Part shown: positions 1 through 13,300 of the stretch, piece by piece
How positions within the stretch are numbered: position 1 is the first letter of the stretch
How the letters are laid out: the number at the start of each line of letters is the position of its first letter
NCBI GenBank assembly: GCA_040954595.2
Contig: CM082584.2
Span: 4,530,110-4,594,109, forward strand
Direction of reading: 5' to 3'
Length of the DNA: 64,000 nucleotides
Source of the DNA: Balanoglossus misakiensis
Taxonomy: Eukaryota; Animalia; Hemichordata
Made by a program: the position numbers and the translations under genes
Notes under the pieces: generated by a model
Database searches by the model: none
Seen by the model: only the letters and a program-made list of their open reading frames with translations
What the model was told of the DNA's origin: nothing

Positions 1-2767
1 AAAGATGCACACATACATGATGACCAGATTTAATTTGATAAATCCCATAGCGCTTTCAAGTCTGCTATGATTTTCTTCATTTACTATGATCCAGCCGTAT
101 ATGAAAAAATCATGGTCTGTACAATATAAAACAGAAGAATAATACTGATACAAATCAACGATAGTTTTGAGTTGAGGCACCACCTGGTGGTGAACCAACT
201 CTTTGCTTTTGTTTACAATTATACACATGCCTGAAGGGCTTACAAGGCCAGTGGAAATATTTTTAACAATATTTTCTTGTTCTCCTTTCGATATTATCGC
301 CAAATGGCCACTTTGTCAGTGTCATGTGACTATGTTGAGAATATAAATACTTGGTTGAAGGGAGCTAAATAATGAATATAACGGACAAAATTGGCCCTTT
401 AACATGGCTTGTGCTCTGAATGGATGTCATTTGTGATTTTTAGTCCCCACAGACAAAGTCAGGGGAAGGGCTAATGAATTGAGGTTTGTCCATCCAGAAT
501 CCCAAGCCATTACTCAGACATGCTACAAGTTTTATTTGATTCAAACTTGGTTCACAGACATCTTTGATTTTTAAAATCCAGAATTACGCGGAAACTATGA
601 TGAACTTGTGCTAGAAAATCTCAATGGTGTGGCTTGTTTGAAAGAATTTTCTTAGAGATTTTGAAAATGTATGACGAAACCACAAATTTACTATCTCAGA
701 CACATGTATTATCAAGTTTTTGTCTATTCATTTTTGTGGTACTACTACTAGTCCAGAAGTATTAAGTAAGAATTCAGTAACTTAGTCTCGTGTGGGAAGC
801 CATTGAGCTCTATCATTGTGATGCCTTAGATGCAGTTACAAACAAATTCTCGGCAATTTCTTAGTATCAATATATGTTAAATACCTGAGTTCCTACATGT
901 AAAACATTTCTCTTCCACACTTAGGCCTGGACGAAATAACATAAGTGGGATGGCTGATGCAAAATGGCGGTCACTATTTTTCATGCAATGTGAAATATTT
1001 TAATTATTTTACAACATAACCCAAATCAATAAAACCAATCTTTCAACCGTATAGAATTCACTAGTTTCCTACTTCAGGGTATGTGCCAATGTGCCAGTCA
1101 GTTGATCTTTGACTTTTTGATATTTTGCAAATGATTTAGTAGAATCGGAGAATTTTATACTTCTTGTCAAAAAACAGGAAAAGAGAATGACATTATGTAT
1201 TAGAAAAGGAAGTTACTTTTAATATAATCAATATCATCAAAAATGCAAAGTGCAAATTTTCTAAGCTTGGTGTACTTTATAAGCATTGTTGAGGTTGGTT
1301 TTAAGGAACAAAAATTAATTGTGTGGTTCTAATAACCCGACCTACCCAAATTTTTACCTGATGACCAAAAAATCTTACACATGTACCTACATGTACCCAG
1401 TCCCACCCTATTTTTGAAAAACATGTTATTGGAACTAAAAATTTATTTTTCTTGGCCTAATATATAATGCTAGATGGAGTTGTGCTGTCACACTGACTAC
1501 TTGGATTTCCATCAAGGCAAAAACTGCCACAAAATTATGCTTAAAAAATCATGTTTTTGCCATTTTCTGCATTAACATGTGTACAAATGGGTAGAAATAA
1601 ATTCCATGGCTGTAAAAAACAGCAACTCTTTTTGCTCTAAAATTCAAGAAGAGGTATTTTGGGTCAACCTGAAAACTCTTCTGACAACAAGCAGCCATGG
1701 CTTTAATAACCGCAATGCAAGTTTTGGTGAGGCCTGATGTGACATATAATACTTACCAATTTGGCTGATTTGAAAACAAGCTTTTCCTCTGATTTGCTGA
1801 AAATAACTGATATGTTAAACCGACTGTATTTCAATTGTTTTTTTTAGTGTTTTGCTTCTCTGTCAAAATTGTAAATTTAGCCATTAGAATAGATTGATCA
1901 GTTCTCAGATGCTAACTGGTACGCTTAAAACATCATTTGCTTTCCCTCACAATGACCCCCATCACCCAGCCCCCACCCCTACCAGAGTCAACCAGCCCAA
2001 GAATTGCATTGTCTCTCCGTCTCCTATTCTACCAATTGTTCCGCACATTGGTTCCCAGTTTATACGTTGAAAATATTATTGAAAATTATGGTTAATGTGA
2101 TCTCATTGCATGGATTTAAATATTAATATCAGTCATAGTTGACTACATTTCCATTGCTATGAAAAATTCTCTGAATGATAAAAATGTTGCGGTAAAAGAC
2201 AACCACTTGGATTTCTTATTTTGATGGGGTTGGTTGATTTTAGTCGGGGGTAGGGCTTGGTGAAGTGTTGGATCTGTCAAGTTCATTCATTTTGATTTTA
2301 ACAAAATCTGAAAAAACTGCAATAATATAGACAGAAATTGATTGACAACATTGCCGCATGAGTTCAGGGTTCAAAGTTGAGTGGAAAACTGTGTCATTTT
2401 TTGTCCTGGGTGAACGAACATCATGACCTTTTAATGCTGAGGACATATTAATTCTAGAAGAAATGATATTTGAAACATTTGCCTTAGGTTTATTTACTTA
2501 TGCCAAACAACGGTCTTGTGATTTATTATTGAGAGAGAGAAAGGGAGTCCCTCCACTTCAACCCTTTGCATCCACATGAAATAAAAATAACTCATTAGCA
2601 TAACAGATGTAGGAACGAAGTGAACTATACGTACCTCATGGCTCTGTTATCTTTGTCCATGGTTTTCGATTTTCCATGACAATTCCGTATCGTTAAGGAT
2701 AACAGTCAGAAACATTTGGATTAACCGTCGTTTAACACTAGCACTGGAAGGAAAGAGACTGTCGAGA

Positions 2768-2838
2768 ATGGATCTACGACTGGATTTGACTCGGTTGAAG
2801 CGTCGGTATGATAACTACTCTCTCGCTTTTGTGTCCTG
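2768..2838 (+). CDS. PDE4: Candidate alternative first coding exon of PDE4 (MDLRLDLTRLKRRYDNYSLAFVSC)
   Basis: ATG at 2768 with an upstream in-frame stop; ends TG|GTATGT (phase 2), which splices in frame to the phase-2 UCR1 exon at 10394 giving ...VSC-FDVENG, the junction typical of PDE4 long isoforms. Locally CpG-richer than the flanks. Confidence 0.6.
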
Positions 2839-4871
2839 GTATGTGTGTGATGTGATATGTGGAATATGTGATCCCGATGGCCGTATAACAACTTCTGCAA
2901 TTATCATTATGAGGGATACATACTTCAGAAATGATCCATTTTAATTTATTTATGGTTTGCGGGGGTAATATGTGTCGATGCAGTTTTGCGTCATGCTTGG
3001 CCTTGTTTATAGCATCTGTGTTCAGTCAATGTGGACTGCTGCTGTCAGCTGTATATACCAGAGCTGCTTTCTTGACAACAGAAATATTTCACACATTTTT
3101 GAAGAGTGGATGTCTTGTGTGAAGATAACAAATAGTGTTTGCTGTCAAACATTTTATGTGACAGCAGCATATGTAGCGGGCAGATTCCAGATTTTAACAA
3201 TAAAATCTCACGAGTTTGACAAGCTTGATTGCACATTACATAACATTACATCAGTATTCAAAGAGCCTTGAAAAGTGAGTGGGGAATTTCTTGACCTAGA
3301 TTTTACAGGTATCAATGCCCTGTATTTTTCTGGCTTCTTTGATGATTGTAATGTGGAGAAATGTAGTCTTCCGAGATATTTGAAATTATGACAGTGTCTT
3401 CATGAGAATTGTGTTAGTTCAATTTATGTGTTACTATTGTCACAGTCAATAGGAGTTAATTGTCAATCCCAGTGTAACATGCAAACATAATAGTAAAAGT
3501 TCATTTTCAGAAATCCCTTGAGATATCATTGCGCTGGATCTCACTTCTAAAAATCACTGTTATACTATAGTGATAATATTTAAGTCCTAATAGTATTAGT
3601 GAAAATGAAATAATATTTATCTTGCCATAGTAACACCAATATATGTGCATGATTTGGGCCAAGATTTACATGTATACTTTCAATATTCCACCATGTCCTG
3701 GCCCTACTTAACATTGAAAAATTGGAGAATAAAATTGGTCTTGCACAGTTATGGTAACAGCAATAATTGTGCGTGATCTCAGACCAGGTTTTATACTTTC
3801 GATATTCCACCTTGTTCTAGCCCTACTTAACAGTGAGATGATGTACATGTAGTATTTTTGTGTCAAGATTCCTTATACAGTACTACATGTATAGGTATGT
3901 CTGGTGTACGCTCTAAAACTCTGAAGTTCATCCAGGGCTCTACATGTACAAATTATACACAGCAAGCTGATTTTCTGAGGCTCCAAAAAGGTCACATTCT
4001 GATTCAGTCCAGATTGTCTCTGTTTCGATGCATCTAACTGGACCTGTATGTTGTATGATATATATACATGTAGTACCATTTCTTCAGTTTTTCTTTTGAA
4101 ACGGAAATTTGCTCAGACGAGGCAGTGATTTCAGGATTTAAACCTTACTGATGAAATTTGCAATGATTTCCTAAAATTTAAAGTTTTTGAATTTTGTCAA
4201 CACTAGACCAGCCACTATGTGTACAAGCTCACATATGCAACACAGCCAGGAGTTATGTGACAAAGACCGGTGGTGCTAATACCAATCATTAAAGTTCCTC
4301 CAACTTTCTCTGTACTTTCTCAGTATTTTTGTTTACGGTATCAACTGTGGCTTCTTGTTCAACTCTGCAAAACATTTGCTCAGTATTTTTTCCCCCAACA
4401 CAATCAGTATTGTTATTGTTAAAAAAATGAATTCAAGTCCAGACTTGAATTCATATCTACAATAACATGGCCATTGGGACATATTAGCTTTGCTTTATTT
4501 TCAGTATTTCTGTTCTGTGTGCCAGTGCAATTTTCTGTTGTACTCCAAACAGCATGCTTTTAATACCCAGTAGTCTGCTTGTCAACATACAATGCATGTA
4601 CGGTACATGTAGCTGTAAAGACCATTGATATTGCTGACATTGACAAATGAATTCTGGGCTGGACTTGTATATTCACATTTTGCACAAAAACAATACTGAC
4701 TATACACCTATGTTGTGATATTACTAAATGCTTGGAATTTTAACAAAAAACCTACTGTAGATACCCAAAACAAAAATACTAAAAACATAGTCTTAAAAAT
4801 CTGAGACACTGTTTTGTCGATAATATACATAAGTTTCAGATTGTTTTGGGAGTTACACTTTTTAAAGTAAA

Positions 4872-5266
4872 ACTTTCTAAAGCTGTCCTTATAATTTGCA
4901 AAACAAACACACACTTCCAGTACTACAAATTTTGGTGACACAAAAATACAATTCATAGAAAGAGCTTTTTTTAAGTCTTGAGTATAAAATATTGTTTGAC
5001 TAAGAAATTTTCGATTAAAAATTTGTTGTCACGACCTTCACAAGCTCAATTTTGTACAAGGCATAAATCGCCCTCAATACCTGTACCTGCACTTACATGT
5101 AATGTCCATAGTCTGGCTGTAGTCCAACAATGCGTGTCCACATCGATTATTTGAGCAGGCATAAAACTTACACCTACTCATGATCAACTCAGGGCCAACA
5201 TTTAATGGAATCTCATTCGAGATGTTGCTGGTCTTGTCTGTGTCTGGGATTTATATTTGTGAAAGT
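4872..5266 (+). repeat. ~400 bp local direct duplication, second copy at ~6493-6916
   Basis: Colinear blocks such as cacttccagtactacaaattt..ggtgacacaaaaatacaattcatagaaagagcttt and atgcgtgtccacatcgattatttgagc occur in both copies. Confidence 0.8.
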
Positions 5267-5360
5267 GTGGTCTGCAGCTACTAAAGAGCAGAAGCCATAT
5301 TGTTTCAATATTGGAATCAATAATGAGCATGTGTTGAACCGGCCCAGGTATATATATATA

Positions 5361-5652
5361 TCTCTAATGCTACTGGGTGTCATACCTGTTTAGAGTGTCA
5401 AGTCCCTTAAAATACATATTCGCCACTTTTTCTTCTTAAACATATTTTGACTGTCTTGACATGGCTCTCATAGTATTAGACACACTTAGCAGTCTGAGCC
5501 CCCTGTAAAATGTACCAAATCGCACTAGTTTGCACTGTATTGGTCTGAGGGTCTTGTATAGGCCCTACTGAATAACACACACTTGGCAGCCTAACAGGCC
5601 TAAGAGCCAGGATCCTAGGCACCCTGGAAATCACACCAGTTTAAACTGACTA
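5361..5652. mobile_element. piggyBac-like MITE, second copy
   Basis: Reverse complement of 32655-32938. Confidence 0.75.
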
Positions 5653-6024
5653 GGTATATTCATGCATCTAGGAATCCTGGGTTTGAGCTCTGAATAGACT
5701 TCCTACAGACTCAAAACATGTGATCATCATTATTTAGGTCAACGTAAACATTCACCATCATGATGACTTTTGATCTCAGGATACAACAAACAAATTTGCA
5801 ACTAGGCAAACACGACATCAAACTGCCCTCATGGCCTCAGGAGCAGGTTTGGTTGCGTATAAAATTGTTAAACCTAATAGCGGGTTCCTATTTATGGGTC
5901 ACCGTAAATAGAAACACTCAGTAAGGCACATGAAATATATCCAAAAGTTGGTGTCGGTTGCAGGACAGAGTGTAGATGATACCAGCAGGGAAGTTTCTCT
6001 TGGACCACGTCAATTCTTGATCTA

Positions 6025-6387
6025 TTAAAGGGACAAAAATCTCTCTGTCGCTGCCTTTTTTTCCATTAATTATGTTTGATAAAAGACACCGTTTATGTTA
6101 TTCTACATGTGAATATGTAGTGAATCAACATTCAACCACACACACCTTCCATCCCACTTGTAGACACGAGAATGAAAAACTCGCCAAAATGAATAATCGG
6201 TCTCTACCATTTATTCATTTTGGCAAGATTTTTACTCTCATATCATACAAATGGAATGGAATGTGTGTGGTCGAACGTAGACTCGATCACTACATGTATC
6301 CACATTTAGAATAACATAAACAGTGTCTTGAATCAAACATAATTAATGGGAAAGGGGCAACGAGAGAGAGAGACTTTGTCCCTTTAA
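6025..6387. mobile_element. ~360 bp MITE family A (TTAA-flanked, AGGGACAAAG termini; Kolobok-like), copy 1
   Basis: TTAA|AGGGACAAA...TTTGTCCCT|TTAA with long imperfect inverted arms; seven copies in the window. Confidence 0.85.
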
Positions 6388-9288
6388 GGTAGCTTGACAA
6401 GCTATTCCTTTTCCCATGATCTTTAGGGGTGACAACTTGTTAAAAGACGCTGATTTTGAGAAAAGGGGCAAGAGTTCCTTTTTTCAAGTGAATTTTTCTA
6501 AACCCTTTCTTTCTAATTTGCAAAACAAATGTACACTTCCAGTACTACAAATTTGGTGACACAAAAATACAATTCATAGAAAGAGCTTTCTATTAATTTA
6601 GGTCTTTAGTGTAAAAAAATTAATTATGTTGCTAAGAAAATTGCTGATAAAAATTTGTAGTCACGAACGTCACAAGCGACCTTAATTTCAGTTTTACACT
6701 AGATATAAATCGCCCTCAATACCTGTAACCTCAACTGAACCTCCATATAGTCTGGCTGTAGTCCAAAAATGCGTGTCCACATCGATTATTTGAGCTGGCA
6801 TAAAACTTACACCAACTGATAATCAGCTCTGGGCCAACATAAACTGTCTAGTGAACCCAGTTTGAGATGTTGCTGGTCTTGTCTGTGTCTGGAATTTATA
6901 TAAATTTGTGAAAGTGCAATAGCCTGGTATCCATACCCGGTGTGTTTTAGATTAGACTCACACACTAGGGTCTGGACACGCAGTCGACTCTCTTGGATTT
7001 TGAAGATCTGCATGTCAATACTCAAAATGTGATGTCATTACAAACTTTCTTTACACGGTTATTTAAAGTTTAGAAAAGCCCACATTACCCTGAAATCTGT
7101 AAACTTTCCAGTGTCTGCATCAGCATTGTTCCCCACAGTTCAGGCAGACCCTGCAATCCCTAATCGAGTCGACAGTCCTATGTGCTCAATGGTAAACCTA
7201 GAAATATTCTTTCCTATGAAGTCTTTTTTGCTGATTTGCATTCATATGGGTCCCTAAAGCAATTTCAGCTTAGTTGCCAAAATGGCAATGTTGGGCAATT
7301 CTTGTAACTTGCATAATCCAAAATGGCTGGCAAACACATTCTCTAAACTTAAAATTTTGCCTTTGGCTCAAAATGGTGCGTAATATATCATTTTCAAGAT
7401 TTGCTTCATATGGGAACCCAAAACAAAACAAATTTATAGTCAAAATGACAGTGTTGGGTAAGTCTCCTAATTTGCATGATCAAAAATGGCCGCCGAATAC
7501 CTTTAAAATTTAATTTTTGCCTTGTTTATCCCAAAATAATGTATTATTCCTCATTTTCAGGATTTTCATTCACATTGGCATCTAAAAATGTTTTGACTTG
7601 GTTGCCATAATGGAGTATAATACAAAATGTACCAAAATTGCTATGTTTGTTTGTTGTTTCTTTGTTTGAATGTCAAAAGCCTGGACCTACATGTACTGGT
7701 AAACTCAAACACCATACATGTACCTCCTTGAGGGAAGCTATTTTGGCTTATCTTCTAGGTCACTCACACAAAATTCAAGTCATAAAAATAATGGCAATTC
7801 ACTATGAATAGAAAGTCATGAAAATTTGAAATTTACTCTACTGTTTACAGCATCTCAATCCAAATGTTAACTGCTTTACTGAGATATGTTTTCTTGGGAT
7901 ACATGTAATTTCAAATAAACCTATCACAGATCACCTTTCACCAATCATTCAGTAGCGTCTTTCAGTACAGGTGACATGATTGGTTAATTGAAATTACTTT
8001 TCCACAACAATTTTTTTGTGTCCAGAGTTAATTTCAAAATGCAGTACGAGTGAAGAGGGAACAATTATGTACATGACATTTGTATCCCAATACAGGATTT
8101 GTATTTGTTGATGATTGTTTTGTGATAAATTTGAAAATGTTCAGCCATTTTGCAGATGTGCCTTGTTCAATTTAATTCCAACATGACTTTCCTCCAATAT
8201 GTTGTCTCAAAATCAGACAGGGACTGTGTCATTTACAATGACTTGTTTACCTCATGTAAAATCATAATAAATGTTTTATTAATGAGAATATACCCTAATT
8301 TCTTGACCAGATTATGTCTACTGTTATCAAAATTACATGCCTGTGGTACTGTTCATGATCAACCTAACATCACAAGTCAGACTAACCGAAACCCCAATGT
8401 TTAAACGTACGTTATTTATGTTTCCATGCATTTTATGTAACTGCAGTGTTGCATGATTTAGTTTGATGACAAATTGTGTGTTTATTATCCTTTTTATCCA
8501 TCTGAAGGTTCCATCTTGTCAAGAGGTTTACAATAAGAATCAAATTTAAAAATGGTTGTCTTACTCTAGTGTATATTTAATTATTTTGTTTATTAAATTA
8601 ATGTAATTGAATATGCATGGCTGCCTAGTTATTTTTTAGATTTCATATGCAGAACCATTTACTGGCGCGGGCATGCCAGAACCAATATGCATCACTGACA
8701 TATATTGTACATTATGTTGATATTGAATTACAGTTCTGATTCATACTACTGGGGATTGTTATCATAGTTGACTTCTTCAGAATTTTCTGAAAAAATAGAT
8801 CTGTGGAACGAAAATTATGGAAATTTACTAGATAAAATTCTTAAACTTAGAAAAAGAAGATTTTTTTCCAGCTCATTGCATTTTAATTCGATGACAGAAA
8901 TTCACACAAATGGGGAAAAAAAGAAACTTATTTTCAAAGTAGAATTCTGTGGTGGTGGCTTTTTGGATTGATAGTGGAAGACAATAAAAGAGATTTGCGC
9001 TCAGAAAGGCATCTTTGTCAGTTTCCCTGTGACATTATCTAGCCTACAATTCAACTACAACGTGATATGATCCATTGCAGTATGTTATTCAATGACCGCA
9101 GACATTTCTCAAAAATGGTTGTCATGGCGACACTGCCGAACATGAGTATCCATATGAGGTCATTCGCGATAGCGTTGATATGTAGGCATTCAACTAGGTA
9201 CACCTTGATGATGTACAAAGGTTGAACAGCGAATATGGCGACCAATCTACAGTGTGTTGTTAGCAAGAGTGTGGTTGCGTAGTTTATT

Positions 9289-9353
9289 ATGGAATCACCG
9301 CATGCATGTCAGTTCAGCATCCCGATTCCTGTAGTCAAGAAACCACCATTTCA
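9289..9353 (+). CDS. PDE4: Second candidate alternative first coding exon of PDE4 (MESPHACQFSIPIPVVKKPPFH)
   Basis: ATG at 9289 after an in-frame TAG; CA|GTATGT donor in phase 2, compatible with the 10394 exon; lies in a CpG-richer patch (~9060-9330). Confidence 0.4.
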
Positions 9354-10393
9354 GTATGTCTGTCTGCATTCTCATATTTAAGGCTTTCTGATGATTGGGC
9401 TTTTATTTCAGACTCTAAATTGTACAGAACGCACAAGATACTTCCGACTTTATCAGACAACTTGCACATTCCTACATCAGCGTTGTTGCTAAGATTTGCA
9501 TATATTTCACAAGACTTGAAGACAAAAAGTCTGTCGGTTTAACCTTTTATAAAAAAAAACCAGATATTTTATTTCACATTTTCAAGTTTGTGGTTCAGTA
9601 TTGTAGTTTAGTGTCAATCAAAACCAGGTAGAGTGTATTCTACATGTAAAGCCTGAATAGAGTGTAAACTAATGGGTCATTATTGATGTGGGTCATATAA
9701 GTTAATTATTAAGCTGGCTGAATTATTCTGACTAAAATACCATGTCTTAAGAAATATGAAATCTAAAGTATTTTTGTACAAATAACTACATACATGTAGT
9801 ATTAAACTAATATGGAATCACAAATACAATTGACAATGACGATTAAGTTTATAAGTGAAAAATAAATTATATGTTTGCTTGTAGTTACAGTGACAATATG
9901 ATCTTTTGAAAAAATATTTTACTGTTTTAAAACATGTCCAGTGGGTTGTTACAAATGAAAGGAACATAATGGATAGTTTTCGTAGACGTCACTCATTGAT
10001 GGGCTTGTTCACAAATCCCGTAGATGAGATGAAATACTGCAATTGACACATTCATTGCAGAATGACTTCTCTTATAGTAGAGTTTGGTTGTCAGTTTCAA
10101 CAGACCTTTGTGTGTGTCACTGTGTGTCTGTGCGTGTGCCTGTGCGTGTACATGTCTGTGTGTGTGTTGGGGGTACACCTGGAACCTGCATAATAATTCC
10201 TAGATTCTAACAGCCAACATTTACGGTGACATACATGTATGAGATTTAATTGTCATGTGAATAATTATTCAAAGTGACAGGCTGTGTCGCCCACCTAATG
10301 CAATTCCATGATAGATATAACATGTTCATGTACAATTGTATATATTAGCATGTCTCAATGACTCACTTTTGTGATTTTTTTTTCTTCTTGCAG

Positions 10394-13300
10394 TTTTGAC
10401 GTTGAAAATGGGTCAGTGCCATGTCGTAGTCCAATGGATGCAGCTAGTCCATCATCTGGACTGGTTTTATCTGCCAACTTCAATCAAAGAAGGGAGTCAT
10501 TTCTCTACAGGTCAGACAGTGATTTTGATCTGTCACCAAAGTCCATGTCAAGAAATTCTTCCATTGCTAGTGACTCGTAAGTCTTCTGTGCATTGCTTCT
10601 TTGTTTTGATTGAGAAAAAAATGCTACTTATTAGTTAAAGCCCCAAAAGCTGCCACTTTTACCATATTTTAATCGATAAAATAATTCAATCTTCTCCTTA
10701 TCCTTACTTGACAAATGACACTATTTTGCCCTTGTGGGGATTTTGAGATTGATAATGTGTTTTTATATACCCACCAGTTAAAGGTATACAGTCACCTCCA
10801 ATTTACATACGCCCATATATGGCAGAAACGGCGTATTGGAGTGTTCTAAAGAACATATGGTCTTCAAACCAGATTCTTGTACTGTACTGGTGTAATTGGC
10901 ATATGGGCCATCATGTCATACAGCTAGAGATCGACCACAGCAGAGCAATATAATTTCCTGCAGGAATTATCCTCAAACTGATCAGGGGATGCATTCATTG
11001 ATTTTTTTACAGGCATGGAGAAGATGTCATTGTCACACCTTTTGCACAGATTTTAGCAAGTCTTAGAAGTGTTCGGAATAACTATGTCACAATTACTGGA
11101 GTCAATTCAACAAAGTAAGTGAAATGGGATATGTTGATTGTGGGTGTTATTTGACAAAGTTTATAGATGTTCTTGTCAAAGCAAATGTTAAAAAGTGGAG
11201 TGTGGACAGAACATTAGTCCTCGCTATTAACAGGGACGTTATAGATACTCTGTGAGAGAAAAATCTTCGAGTTGCCTACAAAATGTGACAAAAAGTCTGT
11301 GATTTTCGAGGCACATACTACCTTTAGAGAAATCAAGAAAAGCTGAAAAACATTACAAGAAGACTGCATAAGTGTCATGTCAGTGCTGCCCCAAAATGTT
11401 GTAACACATACACAATGTTCGGTTATCACATGACAAAGGCATTATGCTGTTTCTAAACTATATTTCTAGTATGAAAAATGGTGCCAATAAGGCTGATAGT
11501 TTTTGTGTGACTCCTCCACAGAAAATCAACAGGAGAGAAACAGTACACACGCAGTGCATCTATCACAGTCACAGAAGATAATTATACCAAAGCATTAGAA
11601 ACTCTTGAAGAACTTGACTGGTGTTTGGAACAGTTAGAAAACATGCAGACACATCGTTCTGTCAGTGATATGGCATCTAGTAAAGTAAGTAACTGTGTGT
11701 ACAACCACATGTACCAACATGGACTTTTGTTCTGATATTCTTATTGGACATGCCTTATGGCATTTATTAGCACCAACTGGAGGGGGGGACCTCCCATGAT
11801 GCCCTGCAGCCTTGTTTGAAATTGAAAAAAAAATGGCCAAAGACATGACTTTAATAATGATTTTTAATCCATGCTTGGTGGCCACGTTTTAGTATTTTAT
11901 TTGTTCATGTCTGCAACCATTTCTCGACATGCCTGAACCGATTTTGTTAAAAGTAAATTGACACATGGATGATGTACAATGAAATACATGTACTTACATG
12001 CATGCCAGTGAACTAATAACACTGTGTACTGAGCAATCCTTTTCTGATTCACTAGCGGTGTTCTGTCGAGGCAGCGCTCTCGCAAAAATAAAAAAAAATG
12101 AAATGGCGCAAAACATTACCATCTGTCTGAGCTTTATCTGAAAGTCAAATTAACTGCAATTGATGTAGAATTATTTCTATGCTGGTTTATATAATAAAAC
12201 CGAATTTTCTTGTACCAATATATGTTAGGCTATGGTGGCTTCAAGTTGTAAACAGAGTCAAATACTGAAATAGAATGGTTCTGATCTGACACAGTTTGTT
12301 ACTATTACTGTCATCTGTGGCTCATATTTAGACCATAAATGTATCTGTTTAATGACACTGGAAATGATTTTGAAAATCTCCAACAAGTTTCTACTGAGAC
12401 TGAGATTGGGTCAACATTGCTGTCTATGATCTTTTTACAGTTCAAACGTTTGCTGAACAGAGAGTTAAGTCATTTTTCAGAAACTAGCCGATCGGGGAAT
12501 CAAGTATCTGATTATATATGCAACACATTCTTAGGTGAGTTTATAATATTTTATGTCTTTTTGTTATTTTTATGTTTCTATACTCATTAAGGTCCCTTTC
12601 ACACAAAAGGTTACAGTCTGATAATGAACAGGTAATCTCTACAATGTAGATGAAGATGGAAACAACTAGTAATTGGGAATTTGGAATTGAACAATGTTAT
12701 TGTTTACATTATGTGACCTGGTTGTGAAAAAAATATCAAAAATTTATTTCTTGTACTTACTGGGAAAAAAACTACAGTCTAGTTCCAAACACAAACTTCT
12801 TGAAAATAGGTCTCTGATTTTCAGCCTGTTTATGTCTTTGAGTTATCAATCTGGGGAACTACCCAGAAGTTGTATGTGCATGGTTATCAATTCTAAAGTC
12901 TTGAATGTAGAATTAAAAAAACATAACTTGTGTACAGCCATGCATGCATGTTCAGAGCTCTGAAGTCTGTTCGGGGATCTGTTAAGTCTTATCATATACA
13001 GTCAAACCTGTCTATGGTGGCCAGTCAAGGGACTTTCCTAAACTGGCCTTTATAGACAGGTGGTCTTTATAGACAGGTCAAATAATACACATGTAAATTG
13101 CACAGGGACTGGTAACCTGGTGGCCACTATATAAAAGTGCCACTACATGTATATAGAGTTGGTCACTAACACAGGTTTGACTGTAACATTAATAGATCAC
13201 TGAGGGATCTGCCGTGCCATTTCTGCTATATCTTTATTTTTGTTGTAAAGTACAGATTGTCAAATTATATGATATGTCTGCAATCTTGTATGCATTTCCC

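Noticed and set aside
6072-6314. Recurring ORF family (also 29358, 31466, 49330, 57527) resembling a small multigene family
   Set aside because: All fall inside MITE family A copies and vary in start, frame and stop; not a protein family.
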